Source of the DNA: Burkholderiales bacterium | GTDB taxonomy: Bacteria > Pseudomonadota > Gammaproteobacteria > Burkholderiales > Gallionellaceae | Assembly (NCBI GenBank): GCA_038206935.1 | Contig: JBBRAJ010000014.1 | Span: 23,170 to 87,169 of the forward strand | Reading direction: 5' to 3' | DNA: 64,000 nucleotides | In this document: piece by piece, positions 1-10,286 of the stretch | Numbering within the stretch: position 1 is the stretch's first letter | How the letters are laid out: every line of letters starts with the position of its first letter | Position numbers and translations under genes: made by a program | The notes under the pieces: generated by a model | The model's database searches: none | What the model was told of the DNA's origin: nothing | The model's input: only the letters and a program-made list of their open reading frames with translations

Positions 1-2
1 CA

Positions 3-1130
3 GACTCCGTGGTATTTATGCCGCTCAAGGTTGATCTTAAACAGGTGAGTGCCCAGATTGCAGGTATCCGCACTGAGATGGATTTTGACTATGCAGGCCG
101 TGCGTTGCCGGTTAGTGTCGATGTGCTGCATGAATTATATCAGCGTCTTTTCGCTCCGGCTTTGCCGCATCTGACCGGTGTGAGTCACATCATGGTGGTG
201 CCTGCAGGACCCTTGCAGAGCCTGCCTCTGGGCATGCTCGTTGTATCGCCTGCCACGAATCAGGATTATCGTCAGCTTGACTGGCTGGCTTTGCATTACG
301 CGCTAACGGTGTTGCCTTCGGTGAGTTCGCTGCAGGCGTTTCGTCAATTTGCCAAAGCAGACAAATTACAAGAGCCTTTTGCCGGATTTGGCGATCCACA
401 GCTAGGCCAGGGGGCGACAAGACTGGATGTGGCGGCGGTATATCGAAATCTGGCCGTGAATGCAACGGGCAGCGTGACTGAACATGCCGCCGAGATTGCG
501 GATGTCGAGATGATACGCCAAGCACCTCGATTGCCCGAGACTGCAGATGAATTGAGGGCGATGGCAATTGCACTGGGTGCCGATGACAGTTCGATCTGGT
601 TGCAAGAACGTGCCACCGAGACGCGGGTCAAGCAGCTCGATTTATCCCGATACCGCACCATCGCCTTCGCGACCCATGGCGTAATGGCCGGTGAGTTGAA
701 GGGCGCGGGCGAGTCTGGCTTGATTCTCAGCCCGCCTGAGCATGGAACGGTTGAGGACGACGGTTATTTAGCGGCGAGTGAAATCGCGCGGTTAAAACTA
801 AATGCGGATTGGATCGTGCTCTCCGCGTGCAATACTGCTGCTACTGATGGTACGCCGGGTGCAGAAGGCTTGTCGGGGTTGGGCAAGGCGTTTTTCTATG
901 CGGGCGCGCGCTCACTGCTGGTGTCGAACTGGCCGGTAGCATCCAGTGCCACCGTGTTGTTGACCACTTCCATGATGAGTCAATACCGTGCTCATCCCGA
1001 AGCGGGCAAGGCAGCGGCACTTCAGCAAGCGATGAAGGCGATGATGAACGACTCATCACATCCAGAGTATGCCCACCCGATCTTCTGGGCTCCTTTTGTC
1101 GTGGTCGGCGAAGGCGGCGCGGCAAAATAG
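3..1130 (+). CDS. CHAT domain-containing protein, C-terminal part (5' end outside window)
   Basis: The frame is open to the window edge. The caspase-like His/Cys dyad context is present (IAFATHGVM ... IVLSACNTAA). The C-terminal motif PIFWAPFVVVGEG is typical of CHAT proteins. Confidence 0.7.
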   Translation, partial: DSVVFMPLKVDLKQVSAQIAGIRTEMDFDYAGRALPVSVDVLHELYQRLFAPALPHLTGVSHIMVVPAGPLQSLPLGMLVVSPATNQDYRQLDWLALHYALTVLPSVSSLQAFRQFAKADKLQEPFAGFGDPQLGQGATRLDVAAVYRNLAVNATGSVTEHAAEIADVEMIRQAPRLPETADELRAMAIALGADDSSIWLQERATETRVKQLDLSRYRTIAFATHGVMAGELKGAGESGLILSPPEHGTVEDDGYLAASEIARLKLNADWIVLSACNTAATDGTPGAEGLSGLGKAFFYAGARSLLVSNWPVASSATVLLTTSMMSQYRAHPEAGKAAALQQAMKAMMNDSSHPEYAHPIFWAPFVVVGEGGAAK

Positions 1131-1206
1131 TAAGCCGACTCCACTTTTTATCTTGTTATATCAAATTTTTTTATATAACCTTTTAATTATTAGCGAATTT
1201 TCTGTG

Positions 1207-1632
1207 TCAACTAGCCTGCAAGTTTTCCAGATACACTGCCGCATCAGGTTGGGTGCGATTACGTTGCGCCTGCCAGATCATCTCGCTCAAGGCTTCCATC
1301 ATGCGGTGTTGTGCGTCGTGTTCAGATTCGTATTTATGGGTCAGGCGCACGAAATGGGCGCGAATGCCGGGCGGTTGGTCGATGGAAATTTGTTCCTCAA
1401 TAGCCAGATGCATCATCAGGTGCAGGAAAGGATTGGCTTCGCCCTGCTCAGGCAGGTATTCGCGTTCCAGATAGCGTTCCGGGTCGTCGAATACTGCAAA
1501 ATACTCAGGATGCTTCTCAATCAGTTGCGCGGCCAGGTCTTCCAGCGGCATCAATAATTCTTTGGCGCGGCGCTTGCGCCAGGTTTCAAACAGAAAATTA
1601 CGTGCTTCGTCGCGTGAGGGATTAAAGAACAT
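1207..1632 (-). CDS. DUF1841 family protein
   Basis: 141 aa. The N-terminus MFFNPSRDEARNFLFETWRKRR and overall size fit DUF1841. Its start lies directly after the nth stop. Confidence 0.6.
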   Translation of the reverse strand: MFFNPSRDEARNFLFETWRKRRAKELLMPLEDLAAQLIEKHPEYFAVFDDPERYLEREYLPEQGEANPFLHLMMHLAIEEQISIDQPPGIRAHFVRLTHKYESEHDAQHRMMEALSEMIWQAQRNRTQPDAAVYLENLQAS

Positions 1633-2265
1633 TTAGTTGGCCTTGTCTTTGTATTCGCATAAATCGTAAATAATGCATTCGGCACATCGGGGTAAGCGGG
1701 CGCGGCAGACATAGCGTCCGTGTAAAATCAGCCAGTGATGTGCGTCGTGCAGAAATTCTTTCGGTATCACCTTCAGCAGCTTGTGTTCAACCTCCAGCAC
1801 CGTCTTGCCGGGTGCGAGGCCGATGCGGTTGCTGATGCGAAAGATATGGGTGTCCACCGCGATGGTCGGTTGTCCGAACGCGGTATTGAGTATCACATTC
1901 GCTGTCTTGCGGCCCACGCCGGGCAAGGCTTCCAATGCCTCGCGCCGTGGCGGAACCTCGCCATGGTGCTGCTCGATCAGTATCCGGCAGGTCTGCATCA
2001 CATGCTTGGCCTTGGTCTTGTACAGTCCAATGCGCTGGATGTATTCGCGCAGCTTTTCCTCACCGAGATCAAGCAGAGCCTGCGGAGTATTCGCTACTGG
2101 AAACAAAAGCCGCGTCGCCGCATTCACACTGATGTCGGTCGCCTGCGCCGATAGCATCACCGCGATCAGTAACTCGAACGGCGAGTGATACTCCAGTTCA
2201 GTAGTCGGATGCGGATTCGCAGCTTGCAGACGTTCAAAAATCGCGCGGCGTTTAGTCGAGTTCAT
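1633..2265 (-). CDS. nth: endonuclease III
   Basis: HhH-GPD region (LPGVGRKTANVIL) and C-terminal 4Fe-4S Cys cluster (CRARLPRCAECIIYDLC). I chose the internal Met MNSTKRR as the start, because the ORF-track start adds an unlikely 19-aa extension. Confidence 0.9.
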   Translation of the reverse strand: MNSTKRRAIFERLQAANPHPTTELEYHSPFELLIAVMLSAQATDISVNAATRLLFPVANTPQALLDLGEEKLREYIQRIGLYKTKAKHVMQTCRILIEQHHGEVPPRREALEALPGVGRKTANVILNTAFGQPTIAVDTHIFRISNRIGLAPGKTVLEVEHKLLKVIPKEFLHDAHHWLILHGRYVCRARLPRCAECIIYDLCEYKDKAN

Positions 2266-2308
2266 GGGGGGATAAGGGAATACAGTCGGTATAAGTTTGA
2301 TGTTAATT

Positions 2309-2671
2309 TTACAACGTACCATTAATTTCTGTGCGTATTATCTGCGCCCCGTTTACCTTTAGATCAGGATGCAGATGCACAGCTAACCACATTGCGCCAA
2401 CGGAAGTACGCTCAACGGTGTGCGGTACGCCGGACGGCAGGAATAGATAATCTCCCGCTTTCAGCGCAACGGATTCTCCCGCTATACGAAGCTCGGCCTC
2501 GCCTTGAATGAGTACTACCCATTCATCCTGTGTTTGTATGTACTCTTGCGGATTGATGGTGTCAGAGCTGATGATACGTTCAATAAACAGATTCCTGTGG
2601 CTAAGAATTGTATCGAAGCGTTCACCTTGCAGAGGTGTTGCCGCGTCAGTAAAGAGGTTGCCGGTTTTCAT
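2309..2671 (-). CDS. cupin domain-containing protein
   Basis: 120 aa small beta-barrel signature (GEAELRIAGESVALKAGDYLFLPSGVPH). Confidence 0.65.
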   Translation of the reverse strand: MKTGNLFTDAATPLQGERFDTILSHRNLFIERIISSDTINPQEYIQTQDEWVVLIQGEAELRIAGESVALKAGDYLFLPSGVPHTVERTSVGAMWLAVHLHPDLKVNGAQIIRTEINGTL

Positions 2672-2723
2672 TTTGGGCGGGAGAAGTTGTATTTAACCCA
2701 GATTGTCCATTAGCCCCCAGCTC

Positions 2724-2749
2724 GTCATTCCCGATTTTGCGGGAATGAC
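2724..2749. repeat. dRS3-like palindromic element (ATTCCC-N8-GGGAAT), copy 1
   Basis: GTCATTCCCG-attttg-CGGGAATGAC is a perfect 10-bp inverted repeat, located between rnfE and the cupin gene. Confidence 0.8.
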
Positions 2750-2816
2750 GGCGTTAATGGATTATTCGGGTTTAACATAGTTTGAAAATGTTGAATGAAA
2801 ATCAAGGCGCGTGCCT

Positions 2817-3527
2817 TTACACGTGCGATGCAGGGCTGCAACCGCCTTCGATCGGAGTGATGGCTGCAGCGCTGCCTTTGAGTTTTTGTTCGGCGCGCAA
2901 GGTCAGCCAGTTTTTGCCGGCGATCAACAATCCCAGTGTGACGAATGCACCCGGCGGCAGAATGGCCAGCAGGAAGCCGTGGTAGTCCGGTATGACGGTG
3001 ATGATCAACGATTTGGCTGATTCGCCCAGTGCCATGTCAATGCCGGAAAATAGTGTGCCGTGACCGAGAATTTCACGTATGCCACCGAGTACCGCCAATA
3101 CGGCCGTTAACCCCAGCCCCATTGCCAAGCCGTCAATCGCGGAAGAAAGCGCGCCGTTTTTCGAGGCGAAGGCTTCGATGCGGGCCAGCACGATGCAGTT
3201 GGTGACAATCAGCGGGATGAAGATGCCCAGTACCATGTACAGCGAATACATGTAGGCATTCATCAGATACTGAACCACGGTGACCAGCACCGCGATGATC
3301 AGAATAAAGACGGGGATGCGTATCTCGTTGGGAACAAAGTTACGTATTGGTGCGATTGCTGACCCGGCGAGCAGCATGACCAGCGTGGTTGCCAATCCCA
3401 GACTGACCCCGTTAACAACGGATGTACTTATAGCTAGAAGCGGACACAATCCCAGCAGTTGCACGATGCCGGTGTTTTGTTTCCACAGGCCGTTGTAAAA
3501 GATGTCCTTGAGTTCCTGAGAGGTCAT
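2817..3527 (-). CDS. rnfE: electron transport complex (Rnf/Rsx) subunit E
   Basis: N-terminus LWKQNTGIVQLLGLCPLLA, polytopic membrane protein, last gene of the rnf order A-B-C-D-G-E. Confidence 0.9.
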   Translation of the reverse strand: MTSQELKDIFYNGLWKQNTGIVQLLGLCPLLAISTSVVNGVSLGLATTLVMLLAGSAIAPIRNFVPNEIRIPVFILIIAVLVTVVQYLMNAYMYSLYMVLGIFIPLIVTNCIVLARIEAFASKNGALSSAIDGLAMGLGLTAVLAVLGGIREILGHGTLFSGIDMALGESAKSLIITVIPDYHGFLLAILPPGAFVTLGLLIAGKNWLTLRAEQKLKGSAAAITPIEGGCSPASHV

Positions 3528-4186
3528 TGTTTATGCTCCTTGGCTAAGGTTTCCGGTTTATGGGCGGGGGCGAGCAGTTCTTCGCGATGTTGTTCAAAGT
3601 ATTGCATGGTCTTGCTGACCGCCTTGATGACCGCACGCGGCGTAATGGTTGCGCCTGCCATGTGTTCAAAGTGACCGCCGTCTTTTCTTACTTTCCAGTC
3701 CCCTTGTTTGAGTTTGGCAAAGGACAGTCCGTTGAAAACTTCAATCCAGGGGCTCTTGGTGCGTTCGATGTAGTCTCCTAAGCCGGGAGTTTCGTGGTGC
3801 GCCACCACGCGTACGCCGCTGATCTCGCCGTTACTGCGCAGCGCGACGATCATAAAAATCTTACCGCTGTAGCCATCGAGTGCGACAGGTTGCAGGATCA
3901 CTGCACTGGTCTCGCCATTGAGGCGGGCGACATAGGCGACGCTGGTGTCTTCGGTGCCAAGCAGTTCGTCAGCCGGTATCTGGAGTGTGTCTTGCACGAT
4001 GGCGTTGTCGTACAGGTATTTAGGGACGATCTGGTCGATCAGCTTGAGTTTTTCCGCTTCTATGCTTTTGGCAATGTTGTCGCGGGTCAGGTAGTAGGTC
4101 GATGCCAGTACAATGGTTGCGATTACGGCAAAAAAAAGCAGATTTGTCGCCGCGTGGAAAGACGCTTTCGCCATGGTGCGCCGCAT
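3524..4186 (-). CDS. rnfG: electron transport complex subunit G (FMN-binding)
   Basis: Single N-terminal TM followed by an FMN_bind-type domain (ETPGLGD ... GATITPRAV). Start taken at MRRTMAKAS, whose ATG shares one nt with the rnfD TAA stop (TAATG). The upstream 113 codons of the track ORF overlap rnfD and are not credible. Confidence 0.85.
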   Translation of the reverse strand: MRRTMAKASFHAATNLLFFAVIATIVLASTYYLTRDNIAKSIEAEKLKLIDQIVPKYLYDNAIVQDTLQIPADELLGTEDTSVAYVARLNGETSAVILQPVALDGYSGKIFMIVALRSNGEISGVRVVAHHETPGLGDYIERTKSPWIEVFNGLSFAKLKQGDWKVRKDGGHFEHMAGATITPRAVIKAVSKTMQYFEQHREELLAPAHKPETLAKEHKQ

Positions 4187-5217
4187 TATTTTTTCCCCTT
4201 CTTGCCGAATACGCCGGGTTGCGTATAAGCATCTATCAGCGGCACGCTGATATTCATCAGTAACGTGGCAAACGCCATGCCATCCGGGAAGCCGCCGTAA
4301 GCGCGGATCAGATAGGTAATCAGTGCGGCGCAAGAAGCAAAGATTAGTTTGCCTTTTTTTGTGGCGGGGCTGGTTACCGGGTCGGTCAGGATGAAGAATG
4401 CACCTATCATTGCCGCACCGGAGAACCAGTGAAACAGCGGCTCGACATAGTGAGTCGGGTCGATCAGATGCAAGGTGCCGGAAATGACGAACAAGGTGCC
4501 AAGGTAGGCGACCGGTATATGCCAACTGATAATGCGTGTGGCAAGCAGATAAAGTCCGCCGAGCATGAAACCTCCAGCTACCATCTCACTGCCGTGCCCA
4601 GCCAGTCGGCCATAGATCGGCATGTCGAGGATTTCCTTTACATGACCGTTCAGGTGCAATTGAGTCTTGAGCGTGTCCAGCGGCGTCGCCATGGTAATCG
4701 CATCCAGTTTGATGCCGTCAGGCAGCAGGCCGTTGAAAATATAGTTTAGTTGATCAATAAAACCTAACGAGACAGCGCCTAAGCCGTGCGGGGTGAGCCA
4801 TTGCGTCATTTGTACCGGGAAGGATACGATCAGCACCGCGTAGCCTATCATCGCCGGGTTGAACGGATTGTTGCCCAGACCGCCATACAGATGTTTGGAA
4901 ACGCTGATCGCGAAGGCGGTGCCGACGACCACCAGCCACCAGGGTGCCAGCGGCGGGATCGAGAGTGCCAGCAGCCACGCGGTCAGCAGCGCGCTGTTGT
5001 CGAGTAGAAAGGGTTTGACGGGGCGGTTGCACAGTTTCAACATGGCCGCCTCAGTAGCCAACGCGGTAATGCTTGCCAGCGTGATTGAAACCAGAATCGC
5101 CGGGCCGAAGTACCAGACATAGAGGGCGATGCCGGGAATCAACGCCAGCAGCACATTCAGCATGATCTTCGAAACGCTGTCCGGCTTGGTGATGAAAGGT
5201 GAGAAGAAAGCGGCCAT
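4186..5217 (-). CDS. rnfD: electron transport complex subunit D
   Basis: Polytopic NqrB/RnfD-type protein. The N-terminal region IMLNVLLALIPGIALYVWYFG parallels E. coli RsxD, and the FMN attachment context TDPVTSP is present. Confidence 0.9.
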   Translation of the reverse strand: MAAFFSPFITKPDSVSKIMLNVLLALIPGIALYVWYFGPAILVSITLASITALATEAAMLKLCNRPVKPFLLDNSALLTAWLLALSIPPLAPWWLVVVGTAFAISVSKHLYGGLGNNPFNPAMIGYAVLIVSFPVQMTQWLTPHGLGAVSLGFIDQLNYIFNGLLPDGIKLDAITMATPLDTLKTQLHLNGHVKEILDMPIYGRLAGHGSEMVAGGFMLGGLYLLATRIISWHIPVAYLGTLFVISGTLHLIDPTHYVEPLFHWFSGAAMIGAFFILTDPVTSPATKKGKLIFASCAALITYLIRAYGGFPDGMAFATLLMNISVPLIDAYTQPGVFGKKGKK

Positions 5218-5218
5218 A

Positions 5219-6913
5219 TTATTCCTTGGTATTGTCGTCGACCGGAGTCAGGGCGTGCTCGCGTATGCGCGCACGACGTGCCTCAATTTCGGCGATTTTA
5301 GCTTGCTGTTCCGGCGTCAGTTGTTCGGTATTCTTGGGTTTGACGGCGGCAGCCAGTTCCTTGGCGTGATCAATCGCCGTCTGGATTTTAAGCTGCATGG
5401 TGTCTTCCGGGTCGGCATTCGGATTGACTGGCGCGATGGCGGGTTTTTCAACCAGCTTAGCCTTGGCTTCCAGTGCGGCTTTTTCCTTGGCGGCGAGTTT
5501 TTCGGCTTTTTCGCGTTTCTCGCGTTCGATGCGATGTTCACGGAATTCAAAGCGCTCGCGTGCCGCATCAGCGGCTTTCTTGCTGCTCTGTTGCGCCCAA
5601 ATCTCACTCTTGGCAAAACGGTAGAACTGCACCAGCGGAATATGGCTGGGGCAGACGTAGCTGCACGCGCCGCATTCGATGCAATCAAACAGATGGTAGT
5701 CTTCAGCCTTGGCTAAATTTTTAGCTTTTGAGAACCAGTACAGTTCCTGAGGTTGTAATTCCGCCGGGCAGGCATCCGCGCAACGGGTGCAGCGTATGCA
5801 GGGCATGGCGGGCGGCGGTGACGGAAATAATGAATCCGACATCGCGATGATGCAGTTGGTTGCCTTGATGACACCCGCCTGGGGCGAGGGAATGGGAACT
5901 CCCATCATCGGCCCGCCCATCAGGTAACCGTTGGTATCGGCTTTCTGTGTCGCCTGTGCGACCAGTTCATCGACCGGAGTGCCGATCAGCGTCTCGAAAT
6001 TCTGTGGGCGCTCAACATTGCCGGTGATCGTGACGATGCGTGAGATTAGCGGTTCACCGTGCGCAATAGCGCGCCAGACGCTGTAAGCCGTGCCCACATT
6101 GAAGCATTGCACGCCCCTGTCAGTGGAACGTACACCGGCGGCGACTTCGATACCGGTAAGCACGCGTATCAATTGCTTCGCGCCGCCGCCCGGATAAATG
6201 GTCGGCACGGCAATTACTTCAATGCGTTCATGCTTGCCTGCACTTACCGCCGCTTGCATGGCAGTAATCGCTTCCGGTTTGTTGTCCTCGATGCCGATCA
6301 GGATTTCGTCGGCATACAGCAGTTCGCGCATAATCTCCGCGCCCTGCAAAATATCGTTGGCGCGTTCGCGCATCAGCCTGTCGTCGCAGGTGATGTATGG
6401 TTCACATTCTGCGCCATTCAGTACCAGCGTGGTGATCTTGTGTTTATGCGCATATAGCTTCATATCGCTGGGGAAAACTGCGCCGCCCAGTCCGACCACA
6501 CCGGCATCGCGCAACAGATGGCGCAGTTCGGTGTGTGACTTGGCGCGCCAGTCATCACAGGGTTCCAGCTTGATCCATTCGTCCTTGCCGTCAGGAATCA
6601 GCGTGACGCATAGTTCGGGCAGGCCGGAGTTATTGGCAACCGGCTGCATGCCAATCGACTCGATAAGGCCCGAGGTTGAAGCGTGTACCGCACTGGAAAG
6701 GTGGCCCTCCGGCTTGCCGATAAGCTGGCCCTTGAGCACATGTTGACCGATTTCGACCACGGCACTCGCGCTGATGCCGACATGCTGATGCAGCGGTATT
6801 GTCAGACGGGACGGCAGCGCACAAGGCATGATCGCCTTATCGTTCGATTGCGACTTGTTGGTGGGCGGGTGGATGCCGCCGTGAAATTGATGAAGTTTTC
6901 TCATTATGCTCAA
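5219..6913 (-). CDS. rnfC: electron transport complex subunit C
   Basis: GGIHPP N-terminal motif, two ferredoxin-type clusters (CIRCTRCADACP, CIECGACSYVCP), and a Lys/Ala/Glu-rich C-terminal tail. Confidence 0.9.
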   Translation of the reverse strand: MSIMRKLHQFHGGIHPPTNKSQSNDKAIMPCALPSRLTIPLHQHVGISASAVVEIGQHVLKGQLIGKPEGHLSSAVHASTSGLIESIGMQPVANNSGLPELCVTLIPDGKDEWIKLEPCDDWRAKSHTELRHLLRDAGVVGLGGAVFPSDMKLYAHKHKITTLVLNGAECEPYITCDDRLMRERANDILQGAEIMRELLYADEILIGIEDNKPEAITAMQAAVSAGKHERIEVIAVPTIYPGGGAKQLIRVLTGIEVAAGVRSTDRGVQCFNVGTAYSVWRAIAHGEPLISRIVTITGNVERPQNFETLIGTPVDELVAQATQKADTNGYLMGGPMMGVPIPSPQAGVIKATNCIIAMSDSLFPSPPPAMPCIRCTRCADACPAELQPQELYWFSKAKNLAKAEDYHLFDCIECGACSYVCPSHIPLVQFYRFAKSEIWAQQSSKKAADAARERFEFREHRIEREKREKAEKLAAKEKAALEAKAKLVEKPAIAPVNPNADPEDTMQLKIQTAIDHAKELAAAVKPKNTEQLTPEQQAKIAEIEARRARIREHALTPVDDNTKE

Positions 6914-6916
6914 GGC

Positions 6917-7483
6917 TTATTGCGGCGGCCGCATTGATTCTGTCGGTGTCAGCGCGTACACGGGATATTTCCATTTCCAGTTGCCGGCGTTTTCTTCGAT
7001 GGGCACCATCTCGATGCAATCCACCGGGCAGGGCGCAATGCAGAGTTCGCAGCCTGTGCATTCCGATGCAATGATGGTATGCAACTGTTTTGCCGCGCCG
7101 ACGATGGCATCCACCGGGCAGGCCTGAATGCATAGTGTGCAACCGATGCAGTTGTTCTCGTCAATGAAGGCGACCGATTTTGCCTTGGGCGCGCTATCGC
7201 CGCCAAACGGCTTGAAATCCACGCCGAGCAGATCGGCCAGTTTGTGTATGCCCTCCTCGCCGCCGGGCGGGCATAGGTTGATGTCGGCACTGCCGTCCGC
7301 GATAGCCGCCGCGTACGGCATGCAGCCGGGATAGCCGCACTGACCGCACTGGGTCTGCGGCAATACGGCATCTATCTTTTCGACCAGCGGATTGCCTTCG
7401 ACGCGAAACTTGATCGCGGCAAATCCCAGCACCGCTCCCAGTGCGATGGCGATGGCCGCCATAACCAGTAATGCGCTGAACAT
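6917..7483 (-). CDS. rnfB: electron transport complex subunit B
   Basis: N-terminal [11 protein letters not shown] cluster motif, two 4Fe-4S motifs ([24 protein letters not shown]). Confidence 0.9.
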   Translation of the reverse strand: MFSALLVMAAIAIALGAVLGFAAIKFRVEGNPLVEKIDAVLPQTQCGQCGYPGCMPYAAAIADGSADINLCPPGGEEGIHKLADLLGVDFKPFGGDSAPKAKSVAFIDENNCIGCTLCIQACPVDAIVGAAKQLHTIIASECTGCELCIAPCPVDCIEMVPIEENAGNWKWKYPVYALTPTESMRPPQ

Positions 7484-8058
7484 TATTTAACCAGCCCCGA
7501 GAAACCCATGAAGGCCAGACTCATCAGTCCGGCGGTTATCATCGCAATCGCCGAGCCCTTGAAGATAACCGGCACATCCGCGCCTTCCATGCGCTCGCGC
7601 AAACCGGCAAATAACACCATCACCAGCGTGAAGCCGAGCGCACCGCCCATGCCGAAAAACAGCGATTCCATGAAATTGTGTTTAGCCTGCACATTCAGCA
7701 GCGGAATGCCCAGCACCGCGCAGTTGGTGGTAATCAGCGGCAGGTAAATGCCCAGTACCTGATACAGTTCCGGGCTGGTTTTCTGAATCACCATCTCGGT
7801 AAATTGCACGATGCCTGCGATCACCACGATGAACGACAACGTAGTTAGATAAGCCAGTTCCGGTCCCAGCAGGTATTGATTAATCAGGTAGCTGGCACCC
7901 GAAGCCAGCGTCAGTACAAAGGTCGTCGCCGCCCCCATACCAATAGCGGCCTCCAGTTTCTTGGAGACACCCATGAACGGGCATAGCCCGAGGATTTTGA
8001 CCATCACGATGTTATTTACAAACACCGCACTGACCAAAATCAGTAAATATCCAGTCAT
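7483..8058 (-). CDS. rnfA: electron transport complex subunit A
   Basis: 191-aa polytopic protein with [10 protein letters not shown] motif. Its stop overlaps the rnfB start. Confidence 0.9.
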   Translation of the reverse strand: MTGYLLILVSAVFVNNIVMVKILGLCPFMGVSKKLEAAIGMGAATTFVLTLASGASYLINQYLLGPELAYLTTLSFIVVIAGIVQFTEMVIQKTSPELYQVLGIYLPLITTNCAVLGIPLLNVQAKHNFMESLFFGMGGALGFTLVMVLFAGLRERMEGADVPVIFKGSAIAMITAGLMSLAFMGFSGLVK

Positions 8059-8070
8059 TGTTGCGCTTTC

Positions 8071-8094
8071 AAAATTAGGGGCGGATTATCCGCC
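8071..8094 (-). terminator. putative intrinsic terminator downstream of kup
   Basis: GGCGGA-TTA-TCCGCC hairpin (8080-8094), followed on the minus strand by a T-rich stretch (TAATTTTG). Confidence 0.4.
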
Positions 8095-8145
8095 GATTCC
8101 AGACCCGTTTCAACCATCGTCAGGCTATATGGTTATAACTAAAAA

Positions 8146-10014
8146 TTAAATAACGATACGCGTGCCCATTTCGATGACCCGGTTGGTCGGAATCTGAAAA
8201 AAATCCGCCGCATTCATCGCATTTCTTGACAATGCCATGAACAGACGCTTACGCCAAAGTGCCATGCCGGGTTTTGTGCTTGGAACAATCATTGCACGCG
8301 AGATGAAAAATGAGGTATTCATCATCTCGAAAGGTAACCCGAGTGATGCGCATAATTCCAGTGCGGCGGGCAGATCGGGCGCTTCCATGAAGCCGTAAAA
8401 CACCCGGATGCGATAGAAATTCTTGCCCAGATTGTCTATCAGCAAGCGGTTGCCCTTGGTGACATAAGGCTTGTCCTCGACAATTACGGAAAGCAGGATG
8501 TTGCGTTCATGCAGCACCTGATTGTGCTTGATGTTGTGTAATAACGATGAGGGCGCACCATTGCTTGCGTTGGTCAGGAATACCGCCGTGCCGCTAACCC
8601 GATGGATGGGGTCTACATCGTCAATAACCATATTTATCGGCACCACCTGATGGTTTATTTCTTCAAACAGTAACTTGCGTCCCAGTTTCCAGGTGGTGAG
8701 TACCGTGAAGGAAATGACTGCAATACCCAGCGGAAACCAGCCGCCATGCGGGATTTTCATGGCATTGGCTGAAAAATACGCTAGGTCTACGCAGAAAAAT
8801 GTGCCTATCAGCGGTATCAGCAAAAACGGCGACCAGCGCCAAGCTATCAGCACAACGGCTATCAGTATTGTGTCGATCAGCATCGTGCCGGTTACGGCGA
8901 TGCCGTAGGCTGCGGCCAGATTGCTGGAACTCTGGAACATTAGTACCAGAAATACCACGGCCATGTAGAGTGTCCAGTTGGTTAGCGGCACATAAATTTG
9001 CCCCTGTGCCTTATCCGAGGTTTGACGTATCTGCATGCGCGGTAAAAAGCCCATCTGTACCGATTGGCTGGCCACCGAAAACGCCCCCGAAATGACGGCT
9101 TGCGAGGCGATTACGGTTGCTGCCGTGGCAAGCAGCACCATCGGTACCAGCGCCCATTCAGGACTGAGCAAATAAAAGGGGTTTTCGATTGCCTGCGGAT
9201 TCTTGAGCAATAAAGCTCCCTGTCCGAAATAATTCAACACCAGCGCGGGCAATACAAAGGCAAACCAACTGAGTCGGATCGGGTATCTGCCGAAATGCCC
9301 CATGTCGGTATACAACGCCTCGCCCCCGGTGACCGCTAGTACCACGGAACCCAGAGCCAGAAACGATAACTTCGGGTCATAACTAATGAACTGAAAGGCA
9401 TAGAGCGGATTAAGTGCAAACAACACCTGCGGGCTTGCTGCAATGGACAACGCGCCCAGTAGCCCCAGCGTGGCAAACCAGAAAATCATAATCGGACCAA
9501 ATGCCATGCCCATCGCACCTGTGCCGTGTTTTTGCACCAGAAATAAAGTTGTAAGTACCGCAAGCGTGATTGGAACTACATAGTGTTCAAGTTGGGGCGC
9601 AACGACATTTAGTCCTTCGACGGCGGAAAGTACCGAAATGGCCGGGGTAATCATGCTGTCGCCGTAAAACAGGGCGGCGGCAAATACCCCGAGTATGGCG
9701 ATAAACCAGCGTGTTTTGGGGCGAGTAGAGGTCAGGTCGGTGGCTAATGCCAGCAATGCCAGCGAACCGCCTTCGCCTTGATTGTCCGCCCGCATGATGA
9801 CAATCACATATTTGAGCGATACCAGCAGCATGATGGTCCAGAACATCACCGACAGTACGCCCAGAATATTGGTTTCAATCACTGGCAGCGGGTGGTGTCC
9901 TGCAAAGGTTTCCTTCAATGCATACAACGGACTGGTGCCGATGTCGCCATAAACCACCCCGATTGCACCCAGTAACAGTGTAGATAGTTTTTGTTTCGTA
10001 TGCGCATCGCTCAT
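8146..10014 (-). CDS. kup: KUP/HAK/KT family potassium transporter
   Basis: 622 aa. The N-terminus [16 protein letters not shown] is the Kup signature. About 12 TM segments plus a cytoplasmic C-domain. GAGGAG lies upstream of the ATG. Confidence 0.9.
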   Translation of the reverse strand: MSDAHTKQKLSTLLLGAIGVVYGDIGTSPLYALKETFAGHHPLPVIETNILGVLSVMFWTIMLLVSLKYVIVIMRADNQGEGGSLALLALATDLTSTRPKTRWFIAILGVFAAALFYGDSMITPAISVLSAVEGLNVVAPQLEHYVVPITLAVLTTLFLVQKHGTGAMGMAFGPIMIFWFATLGLLGALSIAASPQVLFALNPLYAFQFISYDPKLSFLALGSVVLAVTGGEALYTDMGHFGRYPIRLSWFAFVLPALVLNYFGQGALLLKNPQAIENPFYLLSPEWALVPMVLLATAATVIASQAVISGAFSVASQSVQMGFLPRMQIRQTSDKAQGQIYVPLTNWTLYMAVVFLVLMFQSSSNLAAAYGIAVTGTMLIDTILIAVVLIAWRWSPFLLIPLIGTFFCVDLAYFSANAMKIPHGGWFPLGIAVISFTVLTTWKLGRKLLFEEINHQVVPINMVIDDVDPIHRVSGTAVFLTNASNGAPSSLLHNIKHNQVLHERNILLSVIVEDKPYVTKGNRLLIDNLGKNFYRIRVFYGFMEAPDLPAALELCASLGLPFEMMNTSFFISRAMIVPSTKPGMALWRKRLFMALSRNAMNAADFFQIPTNRVIEMGTRIVI

Positions 10015-10211
10015 TTCACCAAACTCCTCAGGGAAGAATGGGGCCGCACTCTACGCCAGCGATAGGGTGAAAGCAAGAGGGAAAATCGGGAAGCGCAATG
10101 AGTATATTGGCAGTCAGATAGAGTGGATAAAACGTGCAACGTGTCCCTGTCTTCATGAGTGATATCGGGTTCAGGGTAGGTACGCAGAAATCCGGTCTGC
10201 ATAACTATAGG

Positions 10212-10236
10212 AAAAAAGTGCGGACAGGATGTCCGC
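10212..10236 (-). terminator. intrinsic terminator after the AhpD-like gene
   Basis: GCGGACA-loop-TGTCCGC hairpin followed on the minus strand by TTTTTT, about 50 nt downstream of the stop at 10287. Confidence 0.6.
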
Positions 10237-10286
10237 GCTCTTGAATAAAGTGGTTGTCGTACAAGAAATATATTGTTGCTTTGGCT

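Noticed and set aside
4187-4525. 113-codon N-terminal extension of the rnfG ORF.
   Set aside because: It overlaps the rnfD 3' end in another frame and encodes an Arg/Cys-rich sequence unlike any RnfG. The Met at 4186 gives the normal TM-anchored, ~220-aa RnfG with a TAATG stop/start junction.
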